The translations under genes were made by a program, and so were the position numbers. A stretch of 64,000 nt of DNA from Gammaproteobacteria bacterium (GTDB taxonomy: Bacteria; Pseudomonadota; Gammaproteobacteria; GCA-002705445; GCA-002716945): positions 1 through 64,000 of the forward strand of contig JAYQJW010000007.1 of NCBI GenBank assembly GCA_038142325.1, in the 5' to 3' direction. This document shows positions 20,032 to 28,843 of this stretch, one piece after another. The number at the start of each line of letters is the position of its first letter. Within the stretch, counting starts at the first letter, position 1. Below the pieces are notes generated by a model. It ran no database searches and was not told where the DNA came from. It saw nothing but the letters and a program-made list of their open reading frames with translations.

Positions 20032-21138
20032 TTTTTAAACCTATCTAGTGCTGAGCCACTTTTGATAACTTTTAATATTTCTTTGAGAGCATTGTTCTAT
20101 GCTGTTACCAGATATACGATGAAGGATGATGGCAGACCCAAGCTGAATACATGACATCATCGGACCATCTTTTCCAGAGAGCGCATCGAGTCCTGACTTT
20201 AGAGTTGCTTTAGCGATATCAATTGCATCAACTTTTGATTCTATTTTATCTTTTGTTTCTTTTCTTACAATATCTTCAGGAATATCGACTGCTCTTGATG
20301 ATTGTAAAATATCAAGGTCCTCTGGCTTAACTTCAAATACATCATCTTGATTATTTATATTCTTATAAAAATGCACTTTTCCAGCTTGTCTAAGCGATGG
20401 AATAATTCCTCCTTCTGTTCCTCTAATAACACTCGCAGAATTAAAGCCAGCATTTCTAGATAACTCTAGATATATCGGTGGATAGGGCTTATGAACGAAG
20501 CCTGTGAAATAATGATCATTTTTAGAAGTTACAGGTTTGACAAGAACTTCAACTGTAGTGATAACAGGGCGCTTGATAATTTTTTTCCTAAGCTCCATTA
20601 AACTATATAGTTTAGGATTAAAGATTGACTGATCAGCGTATGCCCACCCTATGTTTTTATCCTCTAATCGATTAATAATTTCTTCATGGCTGTTTAGGGA
20701 ATTATAACCAAGCTCTTTTAAGGTTAGATGATGAGTACATCCATATTTAGGCCCAACGGCAAGAACTCCATGAGAGAGAATCGGATAACCTAACTCAGCT
20801 AGAACTGGCAATATAAAAATTGATGATGGTAAATTTCGAGAAAAACCATCATAAGGGTCTGCAATATTTATAAGACTCTCACAAGATGTAGTTTTAGTGA
20901 TAGTTGATTCTATGATGGCATCATGCACCCCAAGATTTTCATCCATCGTCTCCCTTTTCATTCGAAGCGCAATTAGGAATATTGCGGATTGAACAGGATC
21001 AATCTCACCGTTAAGTATATCTGCCATCGTACGTTTTGCTTCCTCTCGGGAGATGTTTTTACTTAGCTCAGGTCCAGTAGCTATTCTTTGAATTACCGAT
21101 TTAATATTTTCTTGTATCCCTGTGTGACTTTTACTCAT
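20028..21138 (-). CDS. Anthranilate phosphoribosyltransferase-like (TrpD2/YbiB-like) protein; probable frameshift near 20082
   Basis: IATGPELSKNIS, AIFLIALRMKRET, PYDG, GPKYG and RGTEGG. The corrected C-terminus EILKVIKSGSALDRFKK* overlaps the Rieske start (GTGA). Confidence 0.75.
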
Positions 21139-21734
21139 TTAAATACAATCCATGTTGTTGCAATATATTTTGAACCATTTCTTACTGTAACACCACGATG
21201 TTCGTGGGTCCAAAAAGGTGGAAATATTACTAATTTTCCTTGTTCTGGTTTTATTTTAACTTTTTGATGTAAAAATTCCGTTTCACCACCAGGCCCTTCT
21301 ACATCGTTTAAGTACCAAATAGCAACAAGTTGTCTATCGCTCATTTGATGACTTCCGGTATCAACATGCCAATGAAAAAACTCATCTTTATCAGTCCTTT
21401 GTATCGCATAGCCAATATCCTTAAATTTGCCATTGAAAAAATCATATTCTTTTTTCATTTTTGCTAGCGCTTTGGAGAGGCTAATAAAAAATAATTCATC
21501 TATATCTTTCCAGGAGTCTTTACCGCTTATGACCATATCTGTAGATTGTTTGACAGAATCATTTTCTTCAAAGTTAGGACCAACTCTACCGCGGTAGTGA
21601 TCATCTTTTGAATCCTCAAATCGTTGAATTATTTCACTACATTTTTCAGGTGATAATTCATTATCAAATTCAAAAATGAAACTTCCAGGCGACTTTTCAA
21701 TAAGCCGTTTATCTATCTTAATTTCATTAGCCAT
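21135..21734 (-). CDS. 2OG-Fe(II) oxygenase (prolyl hydroxylase-like)
   Basis: WHVD, WYLNDV.G.GGETEF, FPPFWTHEHRG and KYIATTW. Confidence 0.88.
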   Translation of the reverse strand: MANEIKIDKRLIEKSPGSFIFEFDNELSPEKCSEIIQRFEDSKDDHYRGRVGPNFEENDSVKQSTDMVISGKDSWKDIDELFFISLSKALAKMKKEYDFFNGKFKDIGYAIQRTDKDEFFHWHVDTGSHQMSDRQLVAIWYLNDVEGPGGETEFLHQKVKIKPEQGKLVIFPPFWTHEHRGVTVRNGSKYIATTWIVFK

Positions 21735-21774
21735 AATATTTATATTCTGCAGTAAGTGTTATCATCTGAATAGT

Positions 21775-22338
21775 ATGGCAATAAGAATTAAAAGCAAGTG
21801 GTCTAAAACTGTTAAAAGAAAGAAGACGCCTGAAGACTATGGAAGTGCACTTTCATTTATATCTTGGAGACTATCTCTAGACAAAGCAAAGACGCTTCAT
21901 GGTGAAGATTTTGAATATGAAAATGACCATCAAAGGGTTTCTATAATCGTGGAGTATATGTCTTTTCAAGTGCACCTAGTAGATAGATTATTGTTTGAAG
22001 ATAAAACGGATGATGAATTTAGAAATCAAGTTATGAACTCTCTTGGTAAACAGTCATCAAGAATTATGCAAGAGAACTGTGAAGACCTATTTGGCCCAGG
22101 AGATTATAAAAAAGGATACATCAACACTTTAAACATGAGGTCATCAGAATATTCTGCATTTGAATTTTCAAGAACAGGGAGTAATTATTCTTTGTATAGA
22201 CATTTATCTCAAAAGTGTCAGGATGTTATGGGATACAGTCAGACGAATAAATGGGTGATGGATCAGATTATTGATATAGATTCGGTAGAAATACTTAAAA
22301 AAATACTTGAAGTTTATGACTCGGTAACAACTACCTAG
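21775..22338 (+). CDS. Conserved hypothetical protein of sulfur-oxidizer dsr neighbourhoods
   Basis: Likely start MAIRIKSKW; ALSFISWRL...LHGEDFEY..D.QR and WVMDQIIDID resemble proteins I recall near dsr clusters. Confidence 0.6.
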   Translation: MAIRIKSKWSKTVKRKKTPEDYGSALSFISWRLSLDKAKTLHGEDFEYENDHQRVSIIVEYMSFQVHLVDRLLFEDKTDDEFRNQVMNSLGKQSSRIMQENCEDLFGPGDYKKGYINTLNMRSSEYSAFEFSRTGSNYSLYRHLSQKCQDVMGYSQTNKWVMDQIIDIDSVEILKKILEVYDSVTTT

Positions 22339-22339
22339 T

Positions 22340-22534
22340 TTAAGCTTTATACTTTTCTACGTTATCAAAGTTGTTATTCTTACCGTCTTCGTATCCAGCC
22401 TGATATGCGTCAGTTACACGCTGCTCTTCTACTTCAGGCGAATCTTGGTAACCTTCTTGCCAGCCTAGGATGTACTGATCATCAGCATTCATGTTTTCAA
22501 GTTCTGTTACTTTATCAAAATATTCTTGGTTCAT
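22340..22534 (-). CDS. Alvin_2107-family sulfur globule oxidation protein
   Basis: YILGWQEGY..SPEVEEQRVTDAYQAGYEDGK signature; dsr context. Confidence 0.75.
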   Translation of the reverse strand: MNQEYFDKVTELENMNADDQYILGWQEGYQDSPEVEEQRVTDAYQAGYEDGKNNNFDNVEKYKA

Positions 22535-22767
22535 TATGTTCTTATAGACCCCTTAATTTGATGAGCAATGTCGACCAACCTATTCGCTAGTTTTTCGTGC
22601 TCTTCTTTATATTCTTTTACGATGCCTTTAGGATTATGGTGAATGTCCTTCTCTGTAATCCCTTTTTCTCTTTCAAGTTCCATGAATTTCTTTTGAATCT
22701 CTAATATTCTAGAGATGATTTTTTTTCTTTCTTCCTGAAGTTCTTTTTCATTAACTGCGTCAGTCAT
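22534..22767 (-). CDS. Small helical hypothetical protein
   Basis: Coupled to both neighbours by TAATG overlaps; QKKF...LVDIAHQIKGS. Confidence 0.7.
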   Translation of the reverse strand: MTDAVNEKELQEERKKIISRILEIQKKFMELEREKGITEKDIHHNPKGIVKEYKEEHEKLANRLVDIAHQIKGSIRT

Positions 22768-23105
22768 TAATATCCACCTTTTCTCCTACTCTCAGGTAAA
22801 CCACCGATTCTACCTGCTTGTTTACTTGGATTGCCAGGAAATAGATCAAATAATGTTTTTGAATCTATCTTTTCACCCCATAACTTTCCCATATCTTTAA
22901 TCATGTTCCTAGTGTTAGGCTGATTCTCTTTATTGTTAATAAATTCGTCTCTTAGATAATTTATGACATCCCAATGTCTTTCACTAAGTTCAATTCCTTC
23001 TTGTTGCGCGATTACTTTCGCTATATCCTCTGTCCAATCTTCTATATTAGTCAGAAAACCAGTATCTGTTGTAGATATTTCATTTCCGTTAACTTCAACT
23101 TTCAT
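22767..23105 (-). CDS. DsrC/TusE-family protein with no cysteines (RspA-type)
   Basis: TGFLTNIEDW, ELSERHWDVINYLR and LFDLFPGNPSKQAGRIGGLP; ends RRKGGY instead of CV; RBS GGAG. Confidence 0.88.
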   Translation of the reverse strand: MKVEVNGNEISTTDTGFLTNIEDWTEDIAKVIAQQEGIELSERHWDVINYLRDEFINNKENQPNTRNMIKDMGKLWGEKIDSKTLFDLFPGNPSKQAGRIGGLPESRRKGGY

Positions 23106-23131
23106 TTAAGTCTCCATGCCTGAATTCATCA

Positions 23132-23170
23132 ATATTGGAAAATTCTAATATACTAAAAAGTATAAGTCTA
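23132..23170 (-). promoter_or_regulatory. Sigma70 promoter (TAGACT-17-TAGAAT) with palindromic operator overlapping the -10
   Basis: Minus-strand -35 at 23165-23170 and -10 at 23142-23147; palindrome ATATTGGAAAATTCTAATAT at 23132-23151. Confidence 0.65.
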
Positions 23171-23186
23171 GATTGATGTCAGTATA

Positions 23187-23867
23187 TTATTCTTCTTCTT
23201 TGAAATTATTCACTGCATCTATTGATTTATGCGGAAGAAATATACCACATCCGTAGAGCCTCTTCTCTCCAACACCTTCTTCTTGTAGTCTAAGCGACTC
23301 TTTTTTAGAGAGATCTGCAATCATTAGGGATCTCGTATAAAAAGTTTCAGATCCAAATCTAATCATTTTCGATTGTCCGCATAAAGCTTTTCTGAGATTT
23401 ATGTTGTATTGCTTGAGCTCATTTTGAATTAGCTCAAGAAATTTATCCTCATCAATATTAGGATCACTTACGATGAATCTACAAAAAAGATCTTTAACTA
23501 TTACAAAACTTTTAACCTTTGATTTACCAATTTTCAATTTATTACCGAAAAGTTTGATCTCTTGACCCTCAATCGTTTTGATATGATCTATCTGACTTTT
23601 ATTGATACGCATAATAAGCTTGGCTCTTTTTGATAGAGGTATATTTTGACCATCTGGTCGTACCCAACCATTGCCCGACATCGGACCATGAAGCGTTTGA
23701 ATTGCATTCCTTTTGTCATTTTTAATCTCCGGTATGAGATTAAGTATCTCTGAGGAGAGTTCGAAGGCATGATCATATGGGAGTTCTTTACAGTCAACTG
23801 AGAATGATAACTCAATCATATCTGAGGTATTTGATGGAGGTTTATTTTCTTGTGATTCTTGCCACAT
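23187..23867 (-). CDS. cas6: Orphan Cas6 (Cmx6/MYXAN-like) RAMP endoribonuclease
   Basis: LPYDHAFELS (conserved His), LSKRAKLIMR, SLMIADLSKKESLRLQEEG and C-terminal G-loop GVGEKRLYGCGIFLP (GhGxxxxxGhG). Confidence 0.85.
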   Translation of the reverse strand: MWQESQENKPPSNTSDMIELSFSVDCKELPYDHAFELSSEILNLIPEIKNDKRNAIQTLHGPMSGNGWVRPDGQNIPLSKRAKLIMRINKSQIDHIKTIEGQEIKLFGNKLKIGKSKVKSFVIVKDLFCRFIVSDPNIDEDKFLELIQNELKQYNINLRKALCGQSKMIRFGSETFYTRSLMIADLSKKESLRLQEEGVGEKRLYGCGIFLPHKSIDAVNNFKEEE

Positions 23868-23869
23868 AA

Positions 23870-24064
23870 TTATTCTTTTATGTATCCACTGAAAACACTT
23901 TCTACACGATCTTGCCAGTTTTCAGGAGTATCAGGAAAAGGAGGTTTCAAATCAAATCTTATAAACATTTCGCCTTCTATTGCTTTTTGTTTTATCACTT
24001 CTAAAAACTCATCAAATGTTTCAACATCCTTATGTTCAATTAATAGCGTGCTCAAATACAACAT
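23870..24064 (-). CDS. Small conserved protein of dsr clusters
   Basis: MLYLS...FDEFLEVIK...DLKPPFPDTPENWQDRVESVF; coupled to both neighbours; no Cys. Confidence 0.7.
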   Translation of the reverse strand: MLYLSTLLIEHKDVETFDEFLEVIKQKAIEGEMFIRFDLKPPFPDTPENWQDRVESVFSGYIKE

Positions 24065-24891
24065 TATAATCTCTCGTATGATCTAATCCTTAAAAGCTTC
24101 CTTTGTACTTTATCATCTTTAAATGAATTTCTTCCATGTAAAATATTATTACTCAAGATTCCCTCATTTTTAGATAGCTTGTAAGTAATAGAATACTTGG
24201 AACAATTATTTTCAATAACATTTATCAATTTAGACATAGCTGTTAATGTATTGTCACTCATCTTGATATTCTCTTTTCTCATAGAAAATCTCATATGCAA
24301 TTTTTCATAATCATTATCGAATGAAAAAATATATGTAGATATTTCTGATCTTTTTGAACCTTGACTTTCAGGAATTGTTATAGCTCTTTTATTCATTAAA
24401 ACTTCTATATCATCGTAACTCAGTACATACTCTCTCATAGCTAATTCATGATCTAACAGGTAATTTTCACCGCCATCATCAGCTGGGTTAATGCAATGGA
24501 GCAACCATGAAAACAATGGTTTCTTATCATAGTTCCCATCGGTGTGCCAATTTAGAGCCTTATTTGTATAGGGGATATATTGTATTTTCTGATTTTTAAT
24601 TGATGAAATTGTACTTATCTCATTTGCCTCAATGTTGTTACAGTCAAATGTTTTCATCCCTACGGCTTTTGCAAAGTCTAAAAGACATGAATTGGACTCT
24701 AAATCTCTATTACTTCTATACAAACAACTGTTGAATCTATCCAATGTTGATCTAATTTTAGATATTTCATTTTTTGTAGTGCGGTTAATGTCTTTAATTT
24801 CCACAGATATTTCATTGATGTTTTTAGGGATATTGTTCTCTTTCTGGGAAGCCCATTTAAGGAATTTGCTTGATTTTGAGCTTAGAAACAT
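24064..24891 (-). CDS. TauD/TfdA-family dioxygenase-like protein
   Basis: YIPYTNKALNWHTDG, LLHCINPA..GGEN and NNILHGRNSF...RKLLRIR (HxD...H...R). Confidence 0.82.
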   Translation of the reverse strand: MFLSSKSSKFLKWASQKENNIPKNINEISVEIKDINRTTKNEISKIRSTLDRFNSCLYRSNRDLESNSCLLDFAKAVGMKTFDCNNIEANEISTISSIKNQKIQYIPYTNKALNWHTDGNYDKKPLFSWLLHCINPADDGGENYLLDHELAMREYVLSYDDIEVLMNKRAITIPESQGSKRSEISTYIFSFDNDYEKLHMRFSMRKENIKMSDNTLTAMSKLINVIENNCSKYSITYKLSKNEGILSNNILHGRNSFKDDKVQRKLLRIRSYERL

Positions 24892-24909
24892 ACTTATCTG
24901 TGATTATAA

Positions 24910-24996
24910 ATATTAGAGCATTTTAATGCTTGTTTTTTGTAATAAATCCATGCAATATTAACTTCACGTGGACATATTAGAAATCAATGATAAAAT
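24910..24996. promoter_or_regulatory. Divergent control region: dsrA promoter and two operator-like boxes
   Basis: TGGACA (24969)-16-TAAAAT (24991) with extended TG; boxes ATATTAGAGCATTTTAATGC (24910-24929) and ATATTAGAAATCAATGATAA (24974-24993). Confidence 0.55.
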
Positions 24997-25035
24997 AATA
25001 TACATTGGTAACCAAAGGTTTTTATGGGATAAATT

Positions 25036-26292
25036 GTGAAAAAACATGATACACCAATGATCGATGAGCTAGAAAACGGGCCATGGCCTAGTTTTATAAG
25101 CGGCATAAAAAAATTAAGAGATACACACCCAGATAACAGAATTAATGAAATGACAAACGACCTTCTTGGTCAACTTGAGCATTCATATGAAACACGCAAA
25201 GGATATTGGAAAGGTGGGACAGTGAGTGTCTATGGTTATGGTGGCGGAATCATTCCTAGGTTTTCTGAAGTTGGTGCTGCATTCCCTGCATCTAAAGAAT
25301 TCCACACACTAAGAGTACAGCCTCCTGCTGGTAACTTCTATTCAACAAGCATGCTAAGAAAATTAGCAGATAGCTGGGAAAAGCATGGATCAGGCTTAGT
25401 AACATTTCATGGTCAAACAGGAAACATCATGTTCATCGGCTCAACTACCGAAAACACACAGCATTTCTTTGATGAAATCAATGATTATGGTTTTGATTTA
25501 GGTGGTGCGGGACCATGTGTTAGAACAGCAATGTCATGTGTTGGTGCAGGACGATGTGAAATGTCTAACGTAAACGAACATAAAGCCCACAGACTTTTAG
25601 TAAATAACTTTACAGACGACGTTCACAGACCGGCTTTACCATACAAATTCAAATTTAAAGTGTCTGGATGTGCTAATGACTGTATGAATTCTATCGAAAG
25701 AGCTGATATGTCTGTCATCGGAACTTGGAGAGATGCAATTAAAGTTGATCAAGACGAATTCAAGAAATACGTTGAGATGAAAGGTCGCAAGTATGTAATT
25801 GACAATATCGTAACAAGGTGTCCAACTAATGCAATTTCACTTAACGATGATAATTCAATAGAAATTGATAATCAGAACTGTGTCAAATGCATGCATTGTC
25901 TAAATGTTGTACCTAAAGCACTTCATCCTGGAGATGATAAAGGTGTAACGATACTTATTGGCGGTAAAAGAACTCTTAAAATCGGTGATTTAATGGGTAC
26001 AGTTATTGTTCCATTTATGAAGTTAGAAAAAGAAGAGGATTGGGAGAGACTAGTCGAGATTGCAGAAGAAACAATTGATTTCTGGGCTGATAATGCTCTT
26101 GAACATGAGAGATGTGGCGAGATGATTGAGAGAATTGGTCTTGTTAACTTCCTTGATGGAATTGGCATCGATGTTGACCCTAACATGGTAGCTAATCCTA
26201 GAGAGAGTTCTTACGTAAGGACCGATGATTGGGATGATGAGGCAGTAAAATGGTATGAAAAAGCCGATCAAAGAGCAAAGGATTCAGCATAA
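25036..26292 (+). CDS. dsrA: Reverse-type dissimilatory sulfite reductase alpha subunit
   Basis: TPMIDELENGPWPSF, WKGG, siroheme Cys motifs CVGAGRC and GCANDC, ferredoxin CVKCMHC. Confidence 0.98.
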   Translation: MKKHDTPMIDELENGPWPSFISGIKKLRDTHPDNRINEMTNDLLGQLEHSYETRKGYWKGGTVSVYGYGGGIIPRFSEVGAAFPASKEFHTLRVQPPAGNFYSTSMLRKLADSWEKHGSGLVTFHGQTGNIMFIGSTTENTQHFFDEINDYGFDLGGAGPCVRTAMSCVGAGRCEMSNVNEHKAHRLLVNNFTDDVHRPALPYKFKFKVSGCANDCMNSIERADMSVIGTWRDAIKVDQDEFKKYVEMKGRKYVIDNIVTRCPTNAISLNDDNSIEIDNQNCVKCMHCLNVVPKALHPGDDKGVTILIGGKRTLKIGDLMGTVIVPFMKLEKEEDWERLVEIAEETIDFWADNALEHERCGEMIERIGLVNFLDGIGIDVDPNMVANPRESSYVRTDDWDDEAVKWYEKADQRAKDSA

Positions 26293-27377
26293 TGAGTGAG
26301 AACGCAAAAAAAGAAATGAGATCACCAATAGAGACAGGTTGTCCTGATGGTTTTCAATATATGCATCCAACGATGCGTAAAAACTTTGGTCAGTGGAAGT
26401 ATCATGAACATCCACGCCCTGGAGTACTTCTTCATGTCGCAAACAGTGGAGATGAAATTTGGACAGTAAGAGCTGGCACACAACGTATATTAGATGTATT
26501 TACACTTAGAACACTATGCGACATAGGCGATGAATTTGCAGATGGTTATGTGAGATTTACCATCAGAAGTAACATTGAGTATATGGTTAAAGACAAAGAT
26601 AAAGTACAACCTTTAATCGATGCGCTTGAAAAAGAAGGATTTATAGTTGGTGGTACAAAAAATTCCGTAGCTATGATTTCACATACACAAGGCTGGCTAC
26701 ACTGTGATATACCAGGTACTGATGCATCCGGCGTTGTAAAAGCTATGATGGATGAACTTATTGATGAATTTAGAAATAATGATATGCCTAACCGTGTTCA
26801 TTTAACAACATCATGTTGTCAGATAAATTGTGGTGGACAAGGTGATATTGCGATCAATATCCAACACACCAAACCACCAAAAATTAATCATGATCTTGTT
26901 TCAAACGTTTGTGAGAGACCATCTGTAGTAGCTCGTTGTCCTGTGGCAGCGATCAGACCAGCAATGGTCAATGGCAAACCATCACTTGAAGTTGATGAAA
27001 AAAAATGTATTTGTTGTGGTGCGTGCTTTCCACCATGCCCACCTATGCAAATTAATGATCCAGAACACAGTAAATTAGCAATTTGGGTCGGTGGTAATCA
27101 CTCTAATGCGAGAAGCAAACCATCTTTCCAAAAACTGGTTGCAGCTGGTATACCTAATAATCCACCAAGATGGCCTGAAGCAACAGCAATTGTTAAAAGA
27201 ATATTAAGCGCTTATAAGGAAGATGCTCGTGATTGGGAAAGAATAAACGATTGGATAGAACGAATTGGATGGCCAAGATTCTTTGAACTAACAGAGCTTC
27301 CATTTACTAAACACCATATTGATAATTGGCGTGGTGGTAGAAAAACACTTAATTCATCAGCATACGTTAGATTTTAA
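26292..27377 (+). CDS. dsrB: Reverse-type dissimilatory sulfite reductase beta subunit
   Basis: HTQGWLHCDIP, CCQINCG, CICCGACFPPCP and PNNPPRWPE. Confidence 0.98.
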   Translation: MSENAKKEMRSPIETGCPDGFQYMHPTMRKNFGQWKYHEHPRPGVLLHVANSGDEIWTVRAGTQRILDVFTLRTLCDIGDEFADGYVRFTIRSNIEYMVKDKDKVQPLIDALEKEGFIVGGTKNSVAMISHTQGWLHCDIPGTDASGVVKAMMDELIDEFRNNDMPNRVHLTTSCCQINCGGQGDIAINIQHTKPPKINHDLVSNVCERPSVVARCPVAAIRPAMVNGKPSLEVDEKKCICCGACFPPCPPMQINDPEHSKLAIWVGGNHSNARSKPSFQKLVAAGIPNNPPRWPEATAIVKRILSAYKEDARDWERINDWIERIGWPRFFELTELPFTKHHIDNWRGGRKTLNSSAYVRF

Positions 27378-27389
27378 TTAACTAACATT

Positions 27390-27782
27390 ATGAAATTTGG
27401 TGTACTAATAAATGAAGGCCCTTATCAACACCAAGCTTCAGACACCGCTTATAAGTTTATTGAAGCAGCAATAGAGGAAGGCCATGAAATATTTAGAGTC
27501 TTCTTTTATCATGACGGTGTTAATAATGGCACACGTTTAGCTACTCCCCCTCAGGACGATAGACACATACCTAATCGCTGGACTGAATTAGCCGAAAAAC
27601 ATGATCTTGATTTAGTGTTGTGTGTTGCGGCAGCTCAAAGAAGGGGTATGGTTGATGAAGATGAGATGAAAAGAAATAGTAAAGATGCAAATAATATTGC
27701 AGGTAAATTTCGTATTTCTGGTCTAGGACAATTAATAGAAGCAGGCATACAAGCTGATAGAATGATTACATTTGGTGATTGA
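27390..27782 (+). CDS. dsrE: Sulfurtransferase DsrE
   Basis: VFFYHDGV, LCVAAAQRRG and FRISGLGQL. Confidence 0.95.
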   Translation: MKFGVLINEGPYQHQASDTAYKFIEAAIEEGHEIFRVFFYHDGVNNGTRLATPPQDDRHIPNRWTELAEKHDLDLVLCVAAAQRRGMVDEDEMKRNSKDANNIAGKFRISGLGQLIEAGIQADRMITFGD

Positions 27783-27783
27783 T

Positions 27784-28170
27784 ATGGAAGATCAAGAGTT
27801 AGAATCTGGAATTGTAAAAAAATTCATATATGTAAATAGAAAAGCTCCTCACGGAACAATATATGCACATGAGGCTCTTGAAGTTGTTTTGATCGCAGCA
27901 GCATTTGAGCAAGATGTATCATTAGCGTTCATTGATGATGGTGTGTATCAACTTAAAAAAGGTCAAAACACAGATGGTATAGCAACGAAAAACTTCACTA
28001 AAACATTTGGAGCTCTAGAAATGTATGATGTTGAAAAACTTTATGTAGAAAAAGAGTCTTTAGAAGAACGCGGTCTTAGTGAGGATGATTTGTCTGTTGA
28101 TGTTGAAGTTTTAGCATCTTCAGATTTAAAAAAACTATTTAATGAATCTGAGGTATTTTTCAACTTCTAA
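27784..28170 (+). CDS. dsrF: Sulfurtransferase DsrF
   Basis: RKAPHGTIYAHEALE, AFIDDGVYQL and SLEERGL. Confidence 0.95.
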   Translation: MEDQELESGIVKKFIYVNRKAPHGTIYAHEALEVVLIAAAFEQDVSLAFIDDGVYQLKKGQNTDGIATKNFTKTFGALEMYDVEKLYVEKESLEERGLSEDDLSVDVEVLASSDLKKLFNESEVFFNF

Positions 28171-28473
28171 TGTTACATACGATAAACAAGTCGCCTTTTG
28201 AGAAAGATAGCCTTAAAACCTGTCTAAGATACGCAGAGAAGGGCTCATCAGTATTGTTCATAGAAGATGCTGTTTATGCATGTACAAAAGGAACAACCTT
28301 CGAGAAAGCAGATTACAGAGCACCAAGAAAATATAAGTTTTTATGTGCTTGGACCTGACCTTGATGCGAGAGGACTTGATAATTCGAATTTAACAAATAA
28401 TATAGAAATTATAGATTATAAAGGTTTCGTTAAACTTGTAGCTGATAACGAAAAAACTCAAAATTGGCTTTAA
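28170..28473 (+). CDS. dsrH: Sulfurtransferase DsrH; frameshift near 28308
   Basis: MLHTINKSPF...LFIEDAVY in one frame, then YVLGPDLDARG...IDYKGFVKLV...QNWL in the next. Confidence 0.9.
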
Positions 28474-28485
28474 CAGGAGAAAAAG

Positions 28486-28818
28486 ATGGCAATTGAAGTA
28501 AATGGCAAATCTTTTGAAACAGACGAAGAGGGATATTTAGCAAACCTCAACGACTGGGAAAAAGACGTAGCAACAGTAATGGCAAAAGAAGATGATATTG
28601 AACTATCTGATGATCATTGGGAAATTATTAATTTCCTCCGTGAGTACTATGAGGAATATCAAATTGCGCCAGCTGTAAGAGTTCTTACAAAAGCTGTAGG
28701 TAAGAAACTTGGAAAAGACAAAGGAAACAGTAAATATTTATATGAGCTATTTCCATATGGACCAGGTAAACAGGCTTGTAAATTCGCTGGGCTTCCAAAA
28801 CCAACTGGGTGCGTATAA
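28486..28818 (+). CDS. dsrC: Sulfur carrier DsrC
   Basis: C-terminal arm GPGKQACKFAGLPKPTGCV with both cysteines. Confidence 0.97.
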   Translation: MAIEVNGKSFETDEEGYLANLNDWEKDVATVMAKEDDIELSDDHWEIINFLREYYEEYQIAPAVRVLTKAVGKKLGKDKGNSKYLYELFPYGPGKQACKFAGLPKPTGCV

Positions 28819-28843
28819 GTAGTCAGCAGGTCAGGGAGAGACG

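Noticed and set aside
22300-25035. CRISPR array or mini-array near cas6
   Set aside because: No repeated 25-40-nt units with spacers were found. The spacer downstream of cas6 holds only a weak AT-rich hairpin and is explained by a promoter plus operator.
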